Below, in pieces: positions 1-9,556 of a stretch of 64,000 nt of DNA. The translations under genes and the position numbers were made by a program. The stretch is from an uncultured Bacilli bacterium (GTDB lineage Bacteria > Bacillota_I > Bacilli_A > RF39 > UBA660), in assembly GCA_947629205.1 (NCBI GenBank), contig CANRCV010000001.1, forward strand, positions 19,531 through 83,530. Reading direction: 5' to 3'. The notes beneath the pieces are model-generated. The model was not told the DNA's origin and did not search any database. It saw only the letters and a program-made list of their open reading frames with translations. Position 1 is the first letter of the stretch. Each line of letters starts with the position of its first letter.

Positions 1-20
1 AAGCCATATATCCTCACCTC

Positions 21-1574
21 TTACAATGTTGGAGAAACTCCTACTCCAATTGGCAGTCCTACTATATACCACACAATTAAAATTGTCAATAAAAGAGCAA
101 ATGTCATAAATACAAATGGAATTTGATATTTAATCGCTTTTAAGAAATTTACCGGTTGTTCTTTTTGATTATATTTTTCGAGTAAAGCTAAATAAATAAC
201 AAAATAAGCAAATAAAGGGGTTAAACCAATTGTTGTACATTCTCCAAAACGAAAGACAAGTTGGGTAAATTCCGGAGAAATTCCTGCATTCATAAACACT
301 GGAACCGTCATTCCTGATAGAATAGACCATCTAGAAAGAGAAGAAGGTAAAAAGACGGTTGAAATAGCACTAACTAAGAATAATAGTAAAATAAGGGGCA
401 TGGCTGTAAAGGTCGTATTATTTAATAGATTTGATAAACCTGTTACTACAACAACACCAATATTAGTTTCTTTTACGACATTTACTAAAATAGAAGCAAA
501 GAAAATTAAAACCAATATTCTACCAATTCCATCTAAAGAATGTCCTAAATCATTACAAAATTCATGATGATTTTTAATTGTTTTGGCCCCTATACCATAA
601 AAAAGTCCAATAATAATCATACCAATTGTTACAATAAAGACAAATCCACTACTAAAGAAAGAATTATAACTAAATAATTTATCAATATAGAAAGCTTGAC
701 TATTATCTAAAAATTTCCCAGAAAAAGGTAAACCAGGAATAATATTATAAAGGAAAATAAGAAAGTAAATCATAAAAGCAATAAAAGCAAGAGCAAGTCC
801 TTTCTTTTGTTTTTTATCAAGTAATAACTCTTCTTCAAATTCTGTTTCTAAAGCTTCATATTTATCTACTTTATAAACCGTATATCTTTCTGTAATTCTA
901 GTAATTAAGAAAGCAAGCATACAAACAACAACAAACATAATAAATAGAAAACTTAATGTAGAAATCGTATAGTTACTATCCAATACATGAGCAGCTAAAG
1001 TTGTCCAATCGGTTAGGGATGAATCAATACTTGTAAAAACTATATTAATTCCATACCCACACGTTAAAGCTGCATAAGATGCAACAATTCCAATCACTGG
1101 ATTTCGTTTTCCCACCTCAAATAATATAGCACTAATCGGTAATAAAATAATAAAGGAAATATCACCAATCATACCAAGTAAAATACCAATAAGTACTAAT
1201 ATAAAAGTAACATTTACTTTTTTAGCATTTTTAGTAAGTAAAGTAAAAGCAACACGTAAAAATCCACTTTTTTGCATAATTCCTATACCTATTAAGATAA
1301 TAATAAAACTACTTAAAGGAGCAAAGGACATAAAGTTTGAAACAGTAGATGTAAAAATATATTTTAAACCAGCCAAACTCAATAAAGATTTTACCTCTTG
1401 AATATCAATATTATATTCTAAAGAACTCGTACTAATACTTCTAGAGGTAGCTTGTACACCTAAAGCATGTAATATCCCACTTAATACAATCGTAAATCCT
1501 ATCATCATTAATAAAGTCATAATAGGATGCAAAGTTATTTTTTCTTTTAATTTATTTACATTCATTCGTCTCAC
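21..1574 (-). CDS. AbgT-family transporter, polytopic membrane protein (517 aa)
   Basis: ORF track. Many hydrophobic segments. The C-terminus ...WYIVGLPIGVGVSPTL closely matches the conserved AbgT C-terminal motif (...WYLVGLPIGPG...). Confidence 0.75.
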   Translation of the reverse strand: MRRMNVNKLKEKITLHPIMTLLMMIGFTIVLSGILHALGVQATSRSISTSSLEYNIDIQEVKSLLSLAGLKYIFTSTVSNFMSFAPLSSFIIILIGIGIMQKSGFLRVAFTLLTKNAKKVNVTFILVLIGILLGMIGDISFIILLPISAILFEVGKRNPVIGIVASYAALTCGYGINIVFTSIDSSLTDWTTLAAHVLDSNYTISTLSFLFIMFVVVCMLAFLITRITERYTVYKVDKYEALETEFEEELLLDKKQKKGLALAFIAFMIYFLIFLYNIIPGLPFSGKFLDNSQAFYIDKLFSYNSFFSSGFVFIVTIGMIIIGLFYGIGAKTIKNHHEFCNDLGHSLDGIGRILVLIFFASILVNVVKETNIGVVVVTGLSNLLNNTTFTAMPLILLLFLVSAISTVFLPSSLSRWSILSGMTVPVFMNAGISPEFTQLVFRFGECTTIGLTPLFAYFVIYLALLEKYNQKEQPVNFLKAIKYQIPFVFMTFALLLTILIVWYIVGLPIGVGVSPTL

Positions 1575-1752
1575 CTAAAACTTTTTTTAATTTTTTTTCA
1601 AATTCTAATCGATCCATCATAATCTCTCTTCCACAATGGACACATTTTATTTTAATATCAACTCCCATTCTTGTCACTTGCCATTCATTCGTTCCACAAG
1701 CATGGTTTTTTTTCATTATAACATAATCATTTAACTTATATTTTTTGTTCAT
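1552..1752 (-). CDS. DUF951/YyzM-like small zinc-ribbon protein (66 aa; CxxC...CxxC)
   Basis: Two Cys pairs (HACGT...CVHCG). Small proteins of this type commonly sit next to parAB in Firmicutes. It overlaps the abgT start by 23 nt, which suggests an operon. Confidence 0.45.
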   Translation of the reverse strand: MNKKYKLNDYVIMKKNHACGTNEWQVTRMGVDIKIKCVHCGREIMMDRLEFEKKLKKVLGETNECK

Positions 1753-2551
1753 TATGCACCTCTATTTGTTTGTATGGTATCTTTATTTTATCTTTATCAT
1801 ATAAATTTTTAATAATTTTTAAAGCATCTCTTTTTATTTGCCATTGTTTTTCTTGTGTACATAAAAAACTAATGGAATAAAATATACAACTATCTTCTAA
1901 AGAAGAAATCCCTAAATATACAGGATCTTTTTTAATTCCCGGTATTTTTTTTATTTCTACTAATATTTTTTCAATTGTTTTTTCAACTTTACTAGTTTTT
2001 TCTTCATAAGCCGTTGGAATATCAATAATCACATTAGCATGTTCTTGACTAATATTCACAATTTGATCCACATTACGATTGGAAATGACTAAAACCTCTC
2101 CCGTAATTTTTTTAATTTTTGTTGTTTTTAAACCAAGTGCAATAACCTCTCCCGTAAAATCTTTAAAAGAAACAATATCTCCAACAACATAAAAATTATC
2201 CATAATAATCGTAATACCACTAATAAAATCTTTTATCGTATCTTGCAAAGCTAAACCAAGTACAGCTCCTGCTACTCCTAAACTTGCTAGTAAAGCTTTT
2301 GTATCTACACCATATAAACTTAATATAGCAAGTCCTAAAAAGATATAAATAACATATTTTAAGATATTCGTAATTAAATTGACGATTGTTCTTCTCTTTT
2401 TTCTTTCATAAGCACTCTTACCACTTTCAATAATTTTTTGAATGGCAATTCGTCCAAAATAATATGAAGCAACAGCTACAAAGATGAGTAATGCAGAAGC
2501 CCATATTTCTTTCTTAGCTAATAGTTCGAACACCCCTTTTACCTTTTCCAT
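1736..2551 (-). CDS. MscS-family small-conductance mechanosensitive channel
   Basis: Three N-terminal TM helices followed by a beta-domain with the MscS-like motif ...GDIVSFKDFTGEVIALGLKTTKIKKITGEVLVISN... Confidence 0.7.
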   Translation of the reverse strand: MEKVKGVFELLAKKEIWASALLIFVAVASYYFGRIAIQKIIESGKSAYERKKRRTIVNLITNILKYVIYIFLGLAILSLYGVDTKALLASLGVAGAVLGLALQDTIKDFISGITIIMDNFYVVGDIVSFKDFTGEVIALGLKTTKIKKITGEVLVISNRNVDQIVNISQEHANVIIDIPTAYEEKTSKVEKTIEKILVEIKKIPGIKKDPVYLGISSLEDSCIFYSISFLCTQEKQWQIKRDALKIIKNLYDKDKIKIPYKQIEVHNEQKI

Positions 2552-3442
2552 CTAATCACCTGTAATTTCTATTCCTAAAATTTCCAGTATTCTTTCTAAA
2601 TCCTTTTCTCTTTCAAAAGGAATTTCTATTTTATTCTCTTTAATTTTTACTTTAGAACCTATTTTTTCACGCATTACTTTTTCATAAATAGCATAGTGAA
2701 TATTTTTTTCACTTTCTTTTCTTTCAATTTTATTCGTTTTAGCAATATCTTTTTCTTGTAACATTCTTTCTAATTCACGAACACTTAAATTTTCTTGTAA
2801 TACTTTATCTGCTAAATCTTCTATTAAAGATACATCACTTAATTTACTTAAAGCACGAGCATGTCCCATACTTAATTTTCCTGTTTTTACAAGTTCTTTT
2901 GTTGTATTTGGTAATTTTAATAAACCTAGCATATTGGTAACATAACTTCTACTTTTACCAAAACGATGAGCAAATTCTTCTTGTGTCATATGGTTCAGTT
3001 CAATAATATTTTGATAAGCAATTGCTTCATCTATTGGATTTAAATCTTCTCTTTGAATATTTTCAATTAAAGCGATTTCCATCATTTCTTGATCATTAAA
3101 CTCTTTAATAATAGCAGGAATAGTTTCAAGTCCAGCCATCAACGCTGCTTTTGTTCTTCGCTCTCCAGCAATTAATTCATATCCTTTAATTGCTTTTTTA
3201 ACAATAATTGGTTGAACAATTCCATATTCTTTAATACTACTTGCTAATTCTTTAATACTTTCTTCATTAAATGTTTTTCTTGGTTGATAAGGATTGCTTC
3301 TTATTTCCTTTAAAGGAATTTCCACAATATCATTTAATTTGGCAGAATCAACAATCTTTTTTTCAAAATGATTAAAATCAATAATTTCATTGGAAAATAA
3401 TTGCTCTAAACCCTTTCCTAATGCTTTTCTTTTAGTTTCCAT
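2552..3442 (-). CDS. parB: ParB/Spo0J chromosome partitioning protein
   Basis: ParB N-terminal box (...PYQPRK...IVQPIIV...ELIAGERR) followed by an HTH. It overlaps parA by 11 nt. Confidence 0.9.
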   Translation of the reverse strand: METKRKALGKGLEQLFSNEIIDFNHFEKKIVDSAKLNDIVEIPLKEIRSNPYQPRKTFNEESIKELASSIKEYGIVQPIIVKKAIKGYELIAGERRTKAALMAGLETIPAIIKEFNDQEMMEIALIENIQREDLNPIDEAIAYQNIIELNHMTQEEFAHRFGKSRSYVTNMLGLLKLPNTTKELVKTGKLSMGHARALSKLSDVSLIEDLADKVLQENLSVRELERMLQEKDIAKTNKIERKESEKNIHYAIYEKVMREKIGSKVKIKENKIEIPFEREKDLERILEILGIEITGD

Positions 3443-4217
3443 CGCGACTAATCACTTCCTTTGCTAAATTGGCATATGCAAGAGTTGCACGACTTGTGGG
3501 ATCATATACATTTACGGGTTTTCCATGACTAGGAGCTTCCACTAATCGTACAAGTCTTGGAATAATGGTATTAAAAACCTTATTTTTAAAATACTTGCGA
3601 ACCTCTTCCATTACTTGAAGTCCAATATTCGTTCTTCCATCTAACATCGTCAGTAAAACACCTTCAATTCTTAAATCAGGATTCATTTGTGATTGAACTA
3701 AAATAATGGAATTTAAAAGTTGATTAATTCCTTCTAATGCATAATATTCACATTGTACAGGAATAATCACTGAATCACTAGCAACTAAAGCATTCATTGT
3801 AGAAAGACCTAAAGAAGGTTGGCAATCAATTAATATATAATCATAACTATCTTTAATATCTTGAAGACGCATATTTAGTTGATTGTTTTGTTGAAATGTT
3901 TGATCTTCAAACATTTTTTTAATAAATTCAACCTCTACTCCCGCTAAATTTAAAGTAGCAGGAATAACAGATAAATTTTTAAACTTTGTTTTAATGATGG
4001 CATCTTTTATAGAACAAGCTCCAGTAATTACATCATAAATATCATTTTTAAAATCACTCGTATTTAAACCAAGTCCATTAGAAGCATTACCTTGTGAATC
4101 CAAATCAATAAGAAGCGTCTTTTTATTTTCATTTCCTAAAGCAGCAGCCAAGTTAATACTTGTCGTTGTTTTTCCAACACCACCTTTTTGATTTACGATT
4201 GAAATAACTTTTGCCAT
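3432..4217 (-). CDS. parA: ParA/Soj ATPase
   Basis: Deviant Walker A motif KGGVGKTT near the N-terminus. Length and position upstream of parB fit. Confidence 0.9.
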   Translation of the reverse strand: MAKVISIVNQKGGVGKTTTSINLAAALGNENKKTLLIDLDSQGNASNGLGLNTSDFKNDIYDVITGACSIKDAIIKTKFKNLSVIPATLNLAGVEVEFIKKMFEDQTFQQNNQLNMRLQDIKDSYDYILIDCQPSLGLSTMNALVASDSVIIPVQCEYYALEGINQLLNSIILVQSQMNPDLRIEGVLLTMLDGRTNIGLQVMEEVRKYFKNKVFNTIIPRLVRLVEAPSHGKPVNVYDPTSRATLAYANLAKEVISRDGN

Positions 4218-4270
4218 ACTACCATCCTCTTCAATAATTAGTTACTAGAACTATTTTAACACATTAATCT

Positions 4271-4747
4271 TTATTTGTCTTTAATGATTTTAAGAATATT
4301 TTTGATTTCCTCACTTGAAAATATTTTTAATAATTTTAATACCGTTTCCACCTCTTGTAATGTTGTACAATATAATAAAGATGCCATAAGATAAAGTTTT
4401 GGACTAACTTTGATATGACGATAACAATACGGAATATAAAATTCATAATAACAAGGTATTAATATTTCAAAAAAAGAATCTACTTCACGATAACTAAAGT
4501 TAATATAAAATTTTTTATTTTCTACAAATAATTTTTTTGTATCTTCTAAATGAATTTTTAATATTAATTCGGTATTAATAAAAAAATGAAATTCAATTAT
4601 AGAGCTTGATTTATTTAAATCCATTTTATTTATTGGTATATTATTATCTAATCCAAAAAAATTTAATAACACTTTATCAAATTTATAACGATACTTTTTA
4701 TCTTCAAATATTTTCTTAAACTTTTCTTTTGTAATTAACCTTTGCAA
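4271..4747 (-). CDS. hypothetical protein (158 aa), first gene of the parAB-containing transcription unit
   Basis: ORF track. Apparent TTG start preceded by a strong RBS (AAGGAGG, 7 nt spacing). No family recognised. Confidence 0.4.
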   Translation of the reverse strand: MQRLITKEKFKKIFEDKKYRYKFDKVLLNFFGLDNNIPINKMDLNKSSSIIEFHFFINTELILKIHLEDTKKLFVENKKFYINFSYREVDSFFEILIPCYYEFYIPYCYRHIKVSPKLYLMASLLYCTTLQEVETVLKLLKIFSSEEIKNILKIIKDK

Positions 4748-4941
4748 ACAAAAACCTCCTTAAAATTATGCCTTGCTAGTTCATAAAATCATATAAAAAA
4801 TGCAAAGTCAAATTACAAATTTGCCAAATTTGCTAAGCAGATTTTCTATTTTTTCATACAAAAAAGCCAAATCTGTAGACAAATTTGGCAAATCTGTATC
4901 ACTTTTTAGAAAATTTGTATTTTTTAAAAATTTTAATATTT

Positions 4942-6882
4942 TTAATTATTTATTGGTGTAAGAACGATACGGAAACTACGCTTTGATAGTCCACTATCAC
5001 CTTCATTAGAAAAAGCAAATATATTAGCTTGGATACCACTATTACTTTCGCCACCTCTCATAAACCATGGTAATTCGTTACCAATAAAACGAGCCCAACT
5101 TTCATTCCATGAATTAATTAGGTTATTACTTGTACTATATTTTTTCAACCCAAATGGTCCTAATTCTCCTGTGGCATCTCCTAATATTCTTTTATTATAA
5201 GTTGTGTAAACTGAACTATACTCATAAGCATCATAATATTTTTCATTCTCCTCCACTAAATCACTACTCCATATATTGCCATTCATATATCCCGTCACTA
5301 ATTCAAATGCACCCCCTGACATATCATATATTCCGCTATAATTTCCAGTTGTACTTGCAACGTTGCTTTTTTTGTTTTTGTAATTATAGCTTTTACCATT
5401 ATCTTGATTTGGTGTTACTATGTCATAACCATTATATTCAGTATATCCACTTGTTGGCATTTCTATTGCAGCATATCCTGTTACAAAATTTTGACTATTA
5501 TTTATCATTATTTCTGTACATATACCATCTGTACATATTCCATACTTAGAATGCGATAGATAAGCTACTGCTCCCCACTCTGTATTTTTCATCATATGGC
5601 TATCTAATTCTCTTTGATAAGCATAACTAACATCAAACATATTTTTTACTGTTATGCCTCTCCAACTATAAACATTTGGCTTTATAATAACTTTTGATGA
5701 ATTACTTTCATCTTTTTGAGCTTCTGTTGTACTGTTAGCATCTTTATATCCAGTTTCAAACTTTCCTACCCACATTCCTTTTGAACCTTCAAATGCTGTG
5801 AAGGCTGGATGTGTCATCCATTTATCCACTGCACATGAACCATCCTCTCCACTTGCATTTGGTGTTTCACAACTTGTTTCTGTATTTTCTGTATCATCTA
5901 AATCAAATTTAATTTCTATTGTTTGAGCTGCATTCTCATTTAATGGTCCATTTGCATCTGTATATTCTCCCATATTAAAGATTTTATATTTATATTTTGG
6001 TATCCATACAAAATAACTTTCGATGTTATCTTCTGGTATTGTATCTCCTTCTTTGTATTCTTTTGTATTGTCTACTAATATAACAGCATTTGCCCATTCC
6101 TTTTCTTCATAGTTATACCATTCTTCTTTTGTATTGGCTTTGGTTACTTTTCCTGTATCATCTATGATGACTGGTATTAGTTTATCATTGGTAGTTGGTT
6201 CTTCTGCTATTTCATTTGCAGTTAACATAGCTACTGGTTTACTACTTGTTTCTAATACTGGATCTGCTCCATGTAAGATTGGTTCTGTATATTCTGCTAC
6301 GGTATTCATTTTTCCATCTACTACTATTTTACTTATAAAATTTTTATTCATAGCATCATCATTGACGGTGACATCTTCATCCATCCATAGTTTTAATTTA
6401 AATTCTCTACTTTCTTGTCCTTTTAATGTTCCATTCATTAAATCTTTTGCTTCTATTGATGTATAATCATCTCCACTATAGGTGGTTACATCACTTGGAT
6501 ACTCACTTAATATTTGTTTTTGGCCACCATTTAGTTCTACTGCTACATACTTACTATCTAATATATTTTTTTCATTTTCACTACTTTCTTTTAATTTTTC
6601 TAGTTTTAATGAAAAATTAAGAGTTGTATTACATTTATTTTTTATTGTAAAACTATATGGTGTTAATTTTTGTGCTTCTTCATCTGTTATTGGGTATGCT
6701 TTTTCTAAATGAATAGCATCACTTTCATTTTCAAGAATCAAACTTAAACAATCACTTTGAATTTGATTCATACCTTGTTGTTCTGCAGTAGATGTCCACC
6801 ATGCAAAACTGGAACCTATCATTACAATTATTGTAAAGAGCATTCCTATTACTAAATATTTTTTCTTTTTACTTTTTTCCAT
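4942..6882 (-). CDS. exported two-domain protein, paralog 1: SipW/TasA-like N-terminal region plus C-terminal FGE-sulfatase (SUMF1)-like domain
   Basis: N-terminal signal/TM followed by ...SSFAWWTSTAEQ. C-terminal motifs EWGAVAYLSHSKYG, GIYDMSGGAFELVTGY, FMRGGES and SFRIVLTP parallel the FGE motifs SWxDAVAYCNW, GLYDMSGNVWEW, RGGSW and GFRC. RBS GGAGA upstream of the ATG at 6882. Confidence 0.6.
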   Translation of the reverse strand: MEKSKKKKYLVIGMLFTIIVMIGSSFAWWTSTAEQQGMNQIQSDCLSLILENESDAIHLEKAYPITDEEAQKLTPYSFTIKNKCNTTLNFSLKLEKLKESSENEKNILDSKYVAVELNGGQKQILSEYPSDVTTYSGDDYTSIEAKDLMNGTLKGQESREFKLKLWMDEDVTVNDDAMNKNFISKIVVDGKMNTVAEYTEPILHGADPVLETSSKPVAMLTANEIAEEPTTNDKLIPVIIDDTGKVTKANTKEEWYNYEEKEWANAVILVDNTKEYKEGDTIPEDNIESYFVWIPKYKYKIFNMGEYTDANGPLNENAAQTIEIKFDLDDTENTETSCETPNASGEDGSCAVDKWMTHPAFTAFEGSKGMWVGKFETGYKDANSTTEAQKDESNSSKVIIKPNVYSWRGITVKNMFDVSYAYQRELDSHMMKNTEWGAVAYLSHSKYGICTDGICTEIMINNSQNFVTGYAAIEMPTSGYTEYNGYDIVTPNQDNGKSYNYKNKKSNVASTTGNYSGIYDMSGGAFELVTGYMNGNIWSSDLVEENEKYYDAYEYSSVYTTYNKRILGDATGELGPFGLKKYSTSNNLINSWNESWARFIGNELPWFMRGGESNSGIQANIFAFSNEGDSGLSKRSFRIVLTPINN

Positions 6883-7001
6883 ATCATCAATTCTCCTATA
6901 TACAACTTATGATTGTATATAATATATATTTTACAACTTGAGGTTGTTATAGTCAATACAATTTCAAGTTGTATGATAATTTTCATTTAAGAGGTGTAAT
7001 T

Positions 7002-7223
7002 ATGAATATAGAAAGATTAAAAGAAATTCGTGAAGATAAAGATTTATATCAAAAAGACATAGCAAAAGTTTTGAATGTTTCTCAACAACAATATAATAAA
7101 TATGAATTAGGAATTAATTCCATTCCTATAGAAAAATTATATAAACTAGCAGATTTATATGAAACAAGTATTGATTATTTAGTTGGTAGAACCAATGAAA
7201 GAAAACCTTATCCTAAAAAATAA
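7002..7223 (+). CDS. XRE-family helix-turn-helix transcriptional regulator (about 73 aa), divergent from paralog 1
   Basis: Classic XRE HTH (...QKDIAKVLNVSQQQYNKYELG...). Start moved to ATG 7002, which has RBS AAGAGGTG. C-terminal tail GRTNERKPYPKK. Confidence 0.8.
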   Translation: MNIERLKEIREDKDLYQKDIAKVLNVSQQQYNKYELGINSIPIEKLYKLADLYETSIDYLVGRTNERKPYPKK

Positions 7224-7236
7224 GGTTTTAAATTTT
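7196..7236 (+). terminator. rho-independent terminator overlapping the 3' end of XRE-1 (10-bp perfect stem AAAACCTTAT/ATAAGGTTTT, then a T-run)
   Basis: Read directly from the sequence. Confidence 0.55.
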
Positions 7237-7293
7237 TTATGTTTATAAATATATTACACTAATTCTCTAAAATAGTATTAAAGTATTATTGTA

Positions 7294-9174
7294 TTATGGT
7301 GCAAGAACAATACGGAAGCCCATATTACTCTCTTCTCCACCACCTTCACCACAAAAAGCAAAGATTCCCGCTTCTACACCATTATGTTTGATTGAACCAC
7401 GATCCAGCCATGGTCCATTTTTAAACATAAACCAAGCATTATCAAAATGCCAAGAAGAAACATTTCTATCAGCATTACCATTGTAATGCACAAATGGTCC
7501 TAGTTCACCCGTTGCATCTCCTAGTATTCTATTTTTAAATACCAAATTATTTGTAGCATAATTATATACATCGTAATATTTTGAATTTTCTTCTTGATTA
7601 TTAAACGGAAAAGTACTAGTACTAAATCCACTTGAACCAAAGGTAAATCCAGTATTATTTGTTCCTTTTATTACTCCCATTGTATATTCCTTTGATCCAC
7701 CACTCATATCATATATTCCACTATAATTTCCTGTTGTACTTGCAACTTGACTTTTTGAATTTTTGTAATTTATCGTTTTTGTTCCATCAGCACCTAATCC
7801 ACTTGGGGTTTCATAGTCCCTATAGGCACTTAATCCAGTCATAGGTTCTTCTGTTGCCGCATAACCTGTAACAAATGCACTATTATTATTGATTCTTACT
7901 TCTACACATTTATCCCCATCACATGTTCCATACTTTGAATGGGATAAATAAGCTACTGCTCCCCATTCAGTATTCTTCATCATATGACTATCTAAGTCTA
8001 TTTGATAGTTATAACTTGTATCAAACATATTTTTTACTGTTATGTTTCTCCAACTATATACATTGGGTTTGATAATAACTTTTTCTGCTGCCAATTCATT
8101 GTGTTGCATAGCTTCTGTTGCACTTGTTACTCCATCATATCCAGTTTCAAATTTACCTACCCAAAATCCGTTTGTACCAAATGCAGTAAATGCTGATGGT
8201 GTCATCCACTTATCTACTGCACATGAGCCATTCTCTCCACTTGCTGGTGTTGTACATTCTATTGTGTTATCTACTGTATCATAGATTCCAAATTCTATTT
8301 CTATTTCTTGTGACTTTTCTTGATACTCATCTTGAGAAAGTCCATTATATTCTCCCATATTAAAGATTTTGTATTTATATTTTGGTATCCATACAAAATA
8401 ACTTTCTATATTTTCTTCTTTTATAGTTCCATCTTCTTCTATAGTACCATTATCTTTTAAGATAACCGCATTTGCCCATTCTTTTTTAGAATAATCATAC
8501 CATTTTTCTTCTATATTTGCTTTAGTTACTGTTCCATCTGTTTCATTTATTTTTACTGGTATTAAATTATCTTTTAGTACTGGATCTGCTCCATTTAATG
8601 TATCCTCTGTATATACTTTTGCTAGTGTATTTAATGTAGCATTCACTACGACTTTACTTTCAAATGTTTTATTCATGGACTCTTCATCTTCTACTGTTAC
8701 ATGTTCATCCATCCATAGTTTTAAACTATATTGTTTTGATTCTTTTCCATTTAGTATTCCTGTTGCTAGTTCATATCCTTTTTTATATTTTTCTAATGTT
8801 GTTTCTTTTAAACTATTTAATATTCTTTTGGTATTACTATTTAATTGTACTGCTATATATTCTTCTTTTAATGTACTACTATCACTTATACCTAAGTTTA
8901 CTGTATAGTTAATACTTGTATCACATGTATTTTCTACTTTAAAAGTAAATGGTGTTAAATCTTGTGCTTCTTCATCTGTTATTGGGTAGGCTTTTTCTAA
9001 ATGAATAGCATCTTTTTCTTCATTCAGTGATACTTTTAAACATGTACTTGTAATTTGATTAATTCCACTTTGTTCTGCAGTGGATGTCCACCATGCAAAA
9101 CTGGAACCTATAATAAGTGTTAATAAAAGTAATCCCCCAACAACACTGTAAATTACTCTTTCTTTTTTCTTCAT
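7294..9174 (-). CDS. exported TasA-like/FGE-like two-domain protein, paralog 2 (626 aa from ATG 9174)
   Basis: Start trimmed to MKKKERVIYSVVGGLLLL... (signal peptide). It has the same AWWTSTAEQSGINQI motif and the same C-terminal FGE-like motifs (GIYDMSGG, EWGAVAYLSHSKYG, FRIVLAP). Confidence 0.6.
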   Translation of the reverse strand: MKKKERVIYSVVGGLLLLTLIIGSSFAWWTSTAEQSGINQITSTCLKVSLNEEKDAIHLEKAYPITDEEAQDLTPFTFKVENTCDTSINYTVNLGISDSSTLKEEYIAVQLNSNTKRILNSLKETTLEKYKKGYELATGILNGKESKQYSLKLWMDEHVTVEDEESMNKTFESKVVVNATLNTLAKVYTEDTLNGADPVLKDNLIPVKINETDGTVTKANIEEKWYDYSKKEWANAVILKDNGTIEEDGTIKEENIESYFVWIPKYKYKIFNMGEYNGLSQDEYQEKSQEIEIEFGIYDTVDNTIECTTPASGENGSCAVDKWMTPSAFTAFGTNGFWVGKFETGYDGVTSATEAMQHNELAAEKVIIKPNVYSWRNITVKNMFDTSYNYQIDLDSHMMKNTEWGAVAYLSHSKYGTCDGDKCVEVRINNNSAFVTGYAATEEPMTGLSAYRDYETPSGLGADGTKTINYKNSKSQVASTTGNYSGIYDMSGGSKEYTMGVIKGTNNTGFTFGSSGFSTSTFPFNNQEENSKYYDVYNYATNNLVFKNRILGDATGELGPFVHYNGNADRNVSSWHFDNAWFMFKNGPWLDRGSIKHNGVEAGIFAFCGEGGGEESNMGFRIVLAP

Positions 9175-9303
9175 AAAATTCTCACTTTCTTTGCATGTAA
9201 TATGCGTAATACGTATATTACTTTTTAAATTTATTATATACGTAAAACGTATATAAGTCAATGCGTGAGACGTATATAATGTAAAATAAATTCAGTGATT
9301 AAT

Positions 9304-9525
9304 ATGAATATTGAAAGATTAAAAGAAATTAGAGAAGATAGAGATTTAAAGCAAATAGATATAGCAAAATTCCTTAAAGTTACACAAGCTCAATATTGTC
9401 GTTATGAAATGGGAGTTAATATAATTCCATTAGAAAAAATAGATAAACTTGCTGAATTTTATAATACTAGTGTTGATTATTTAATTGGTAGAACCAATGA
9501 AAGAAAACCTTATCCTAAAAAATAG
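9304..9525 (+). CDS. XRE-family HTH regulator 2 (about 73 aa), divergent from paralog 2
   Basis: MNIERLKEIRED...DIAKFLKVTQAQYCRYEMG... Same GRTNERKPYPKK tail. The last ~38 nt of its coding sequence are identical to the matching segment of XRE-1. Confidence 0.8.
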   Translation: MNIERLKEIREDRDLKQIDIAKFLKVTQAQYCRYEMGVNIIPLEKIDKLAEFYNTSVDYLIGRTNERKPYPKK

Positions 9526-9556
9526 ACATTAAAAAAATCTAGTTTCCTAGATTTCA

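Noticed and set aside
5130-5549. Plus-strand ORFs antisense to the large minus-strand paralog genes, including 6134-6466, 6426-6620, 6482-6712, 7659-7844, 8002-8284 and 8664-8912
   Set aside because: They are low-complexity H/Y/L/F-rich translations of AT-rich antisense sequence, fully embedded in strongly supported coding regions, and have no RBS. They are artefacts of the opposite-strand codon bias.
7289-7486. Plus-strand 65-aa ORF overlapping the 3' end of paralog 2
   Set aside because: It is antisense to the paralog-2 coding sequence. XRE-1 already ends at 7223 with its own terminator.
4942-9525. The possibility that the duplicated cassette is a prophage, ICE or transposon
   Set aside because: There is no integrase, recombinase, transposase, terminal inverted repeat or phage structural gene anywhere in the window. 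XRE regulators alone are not diagnostic.
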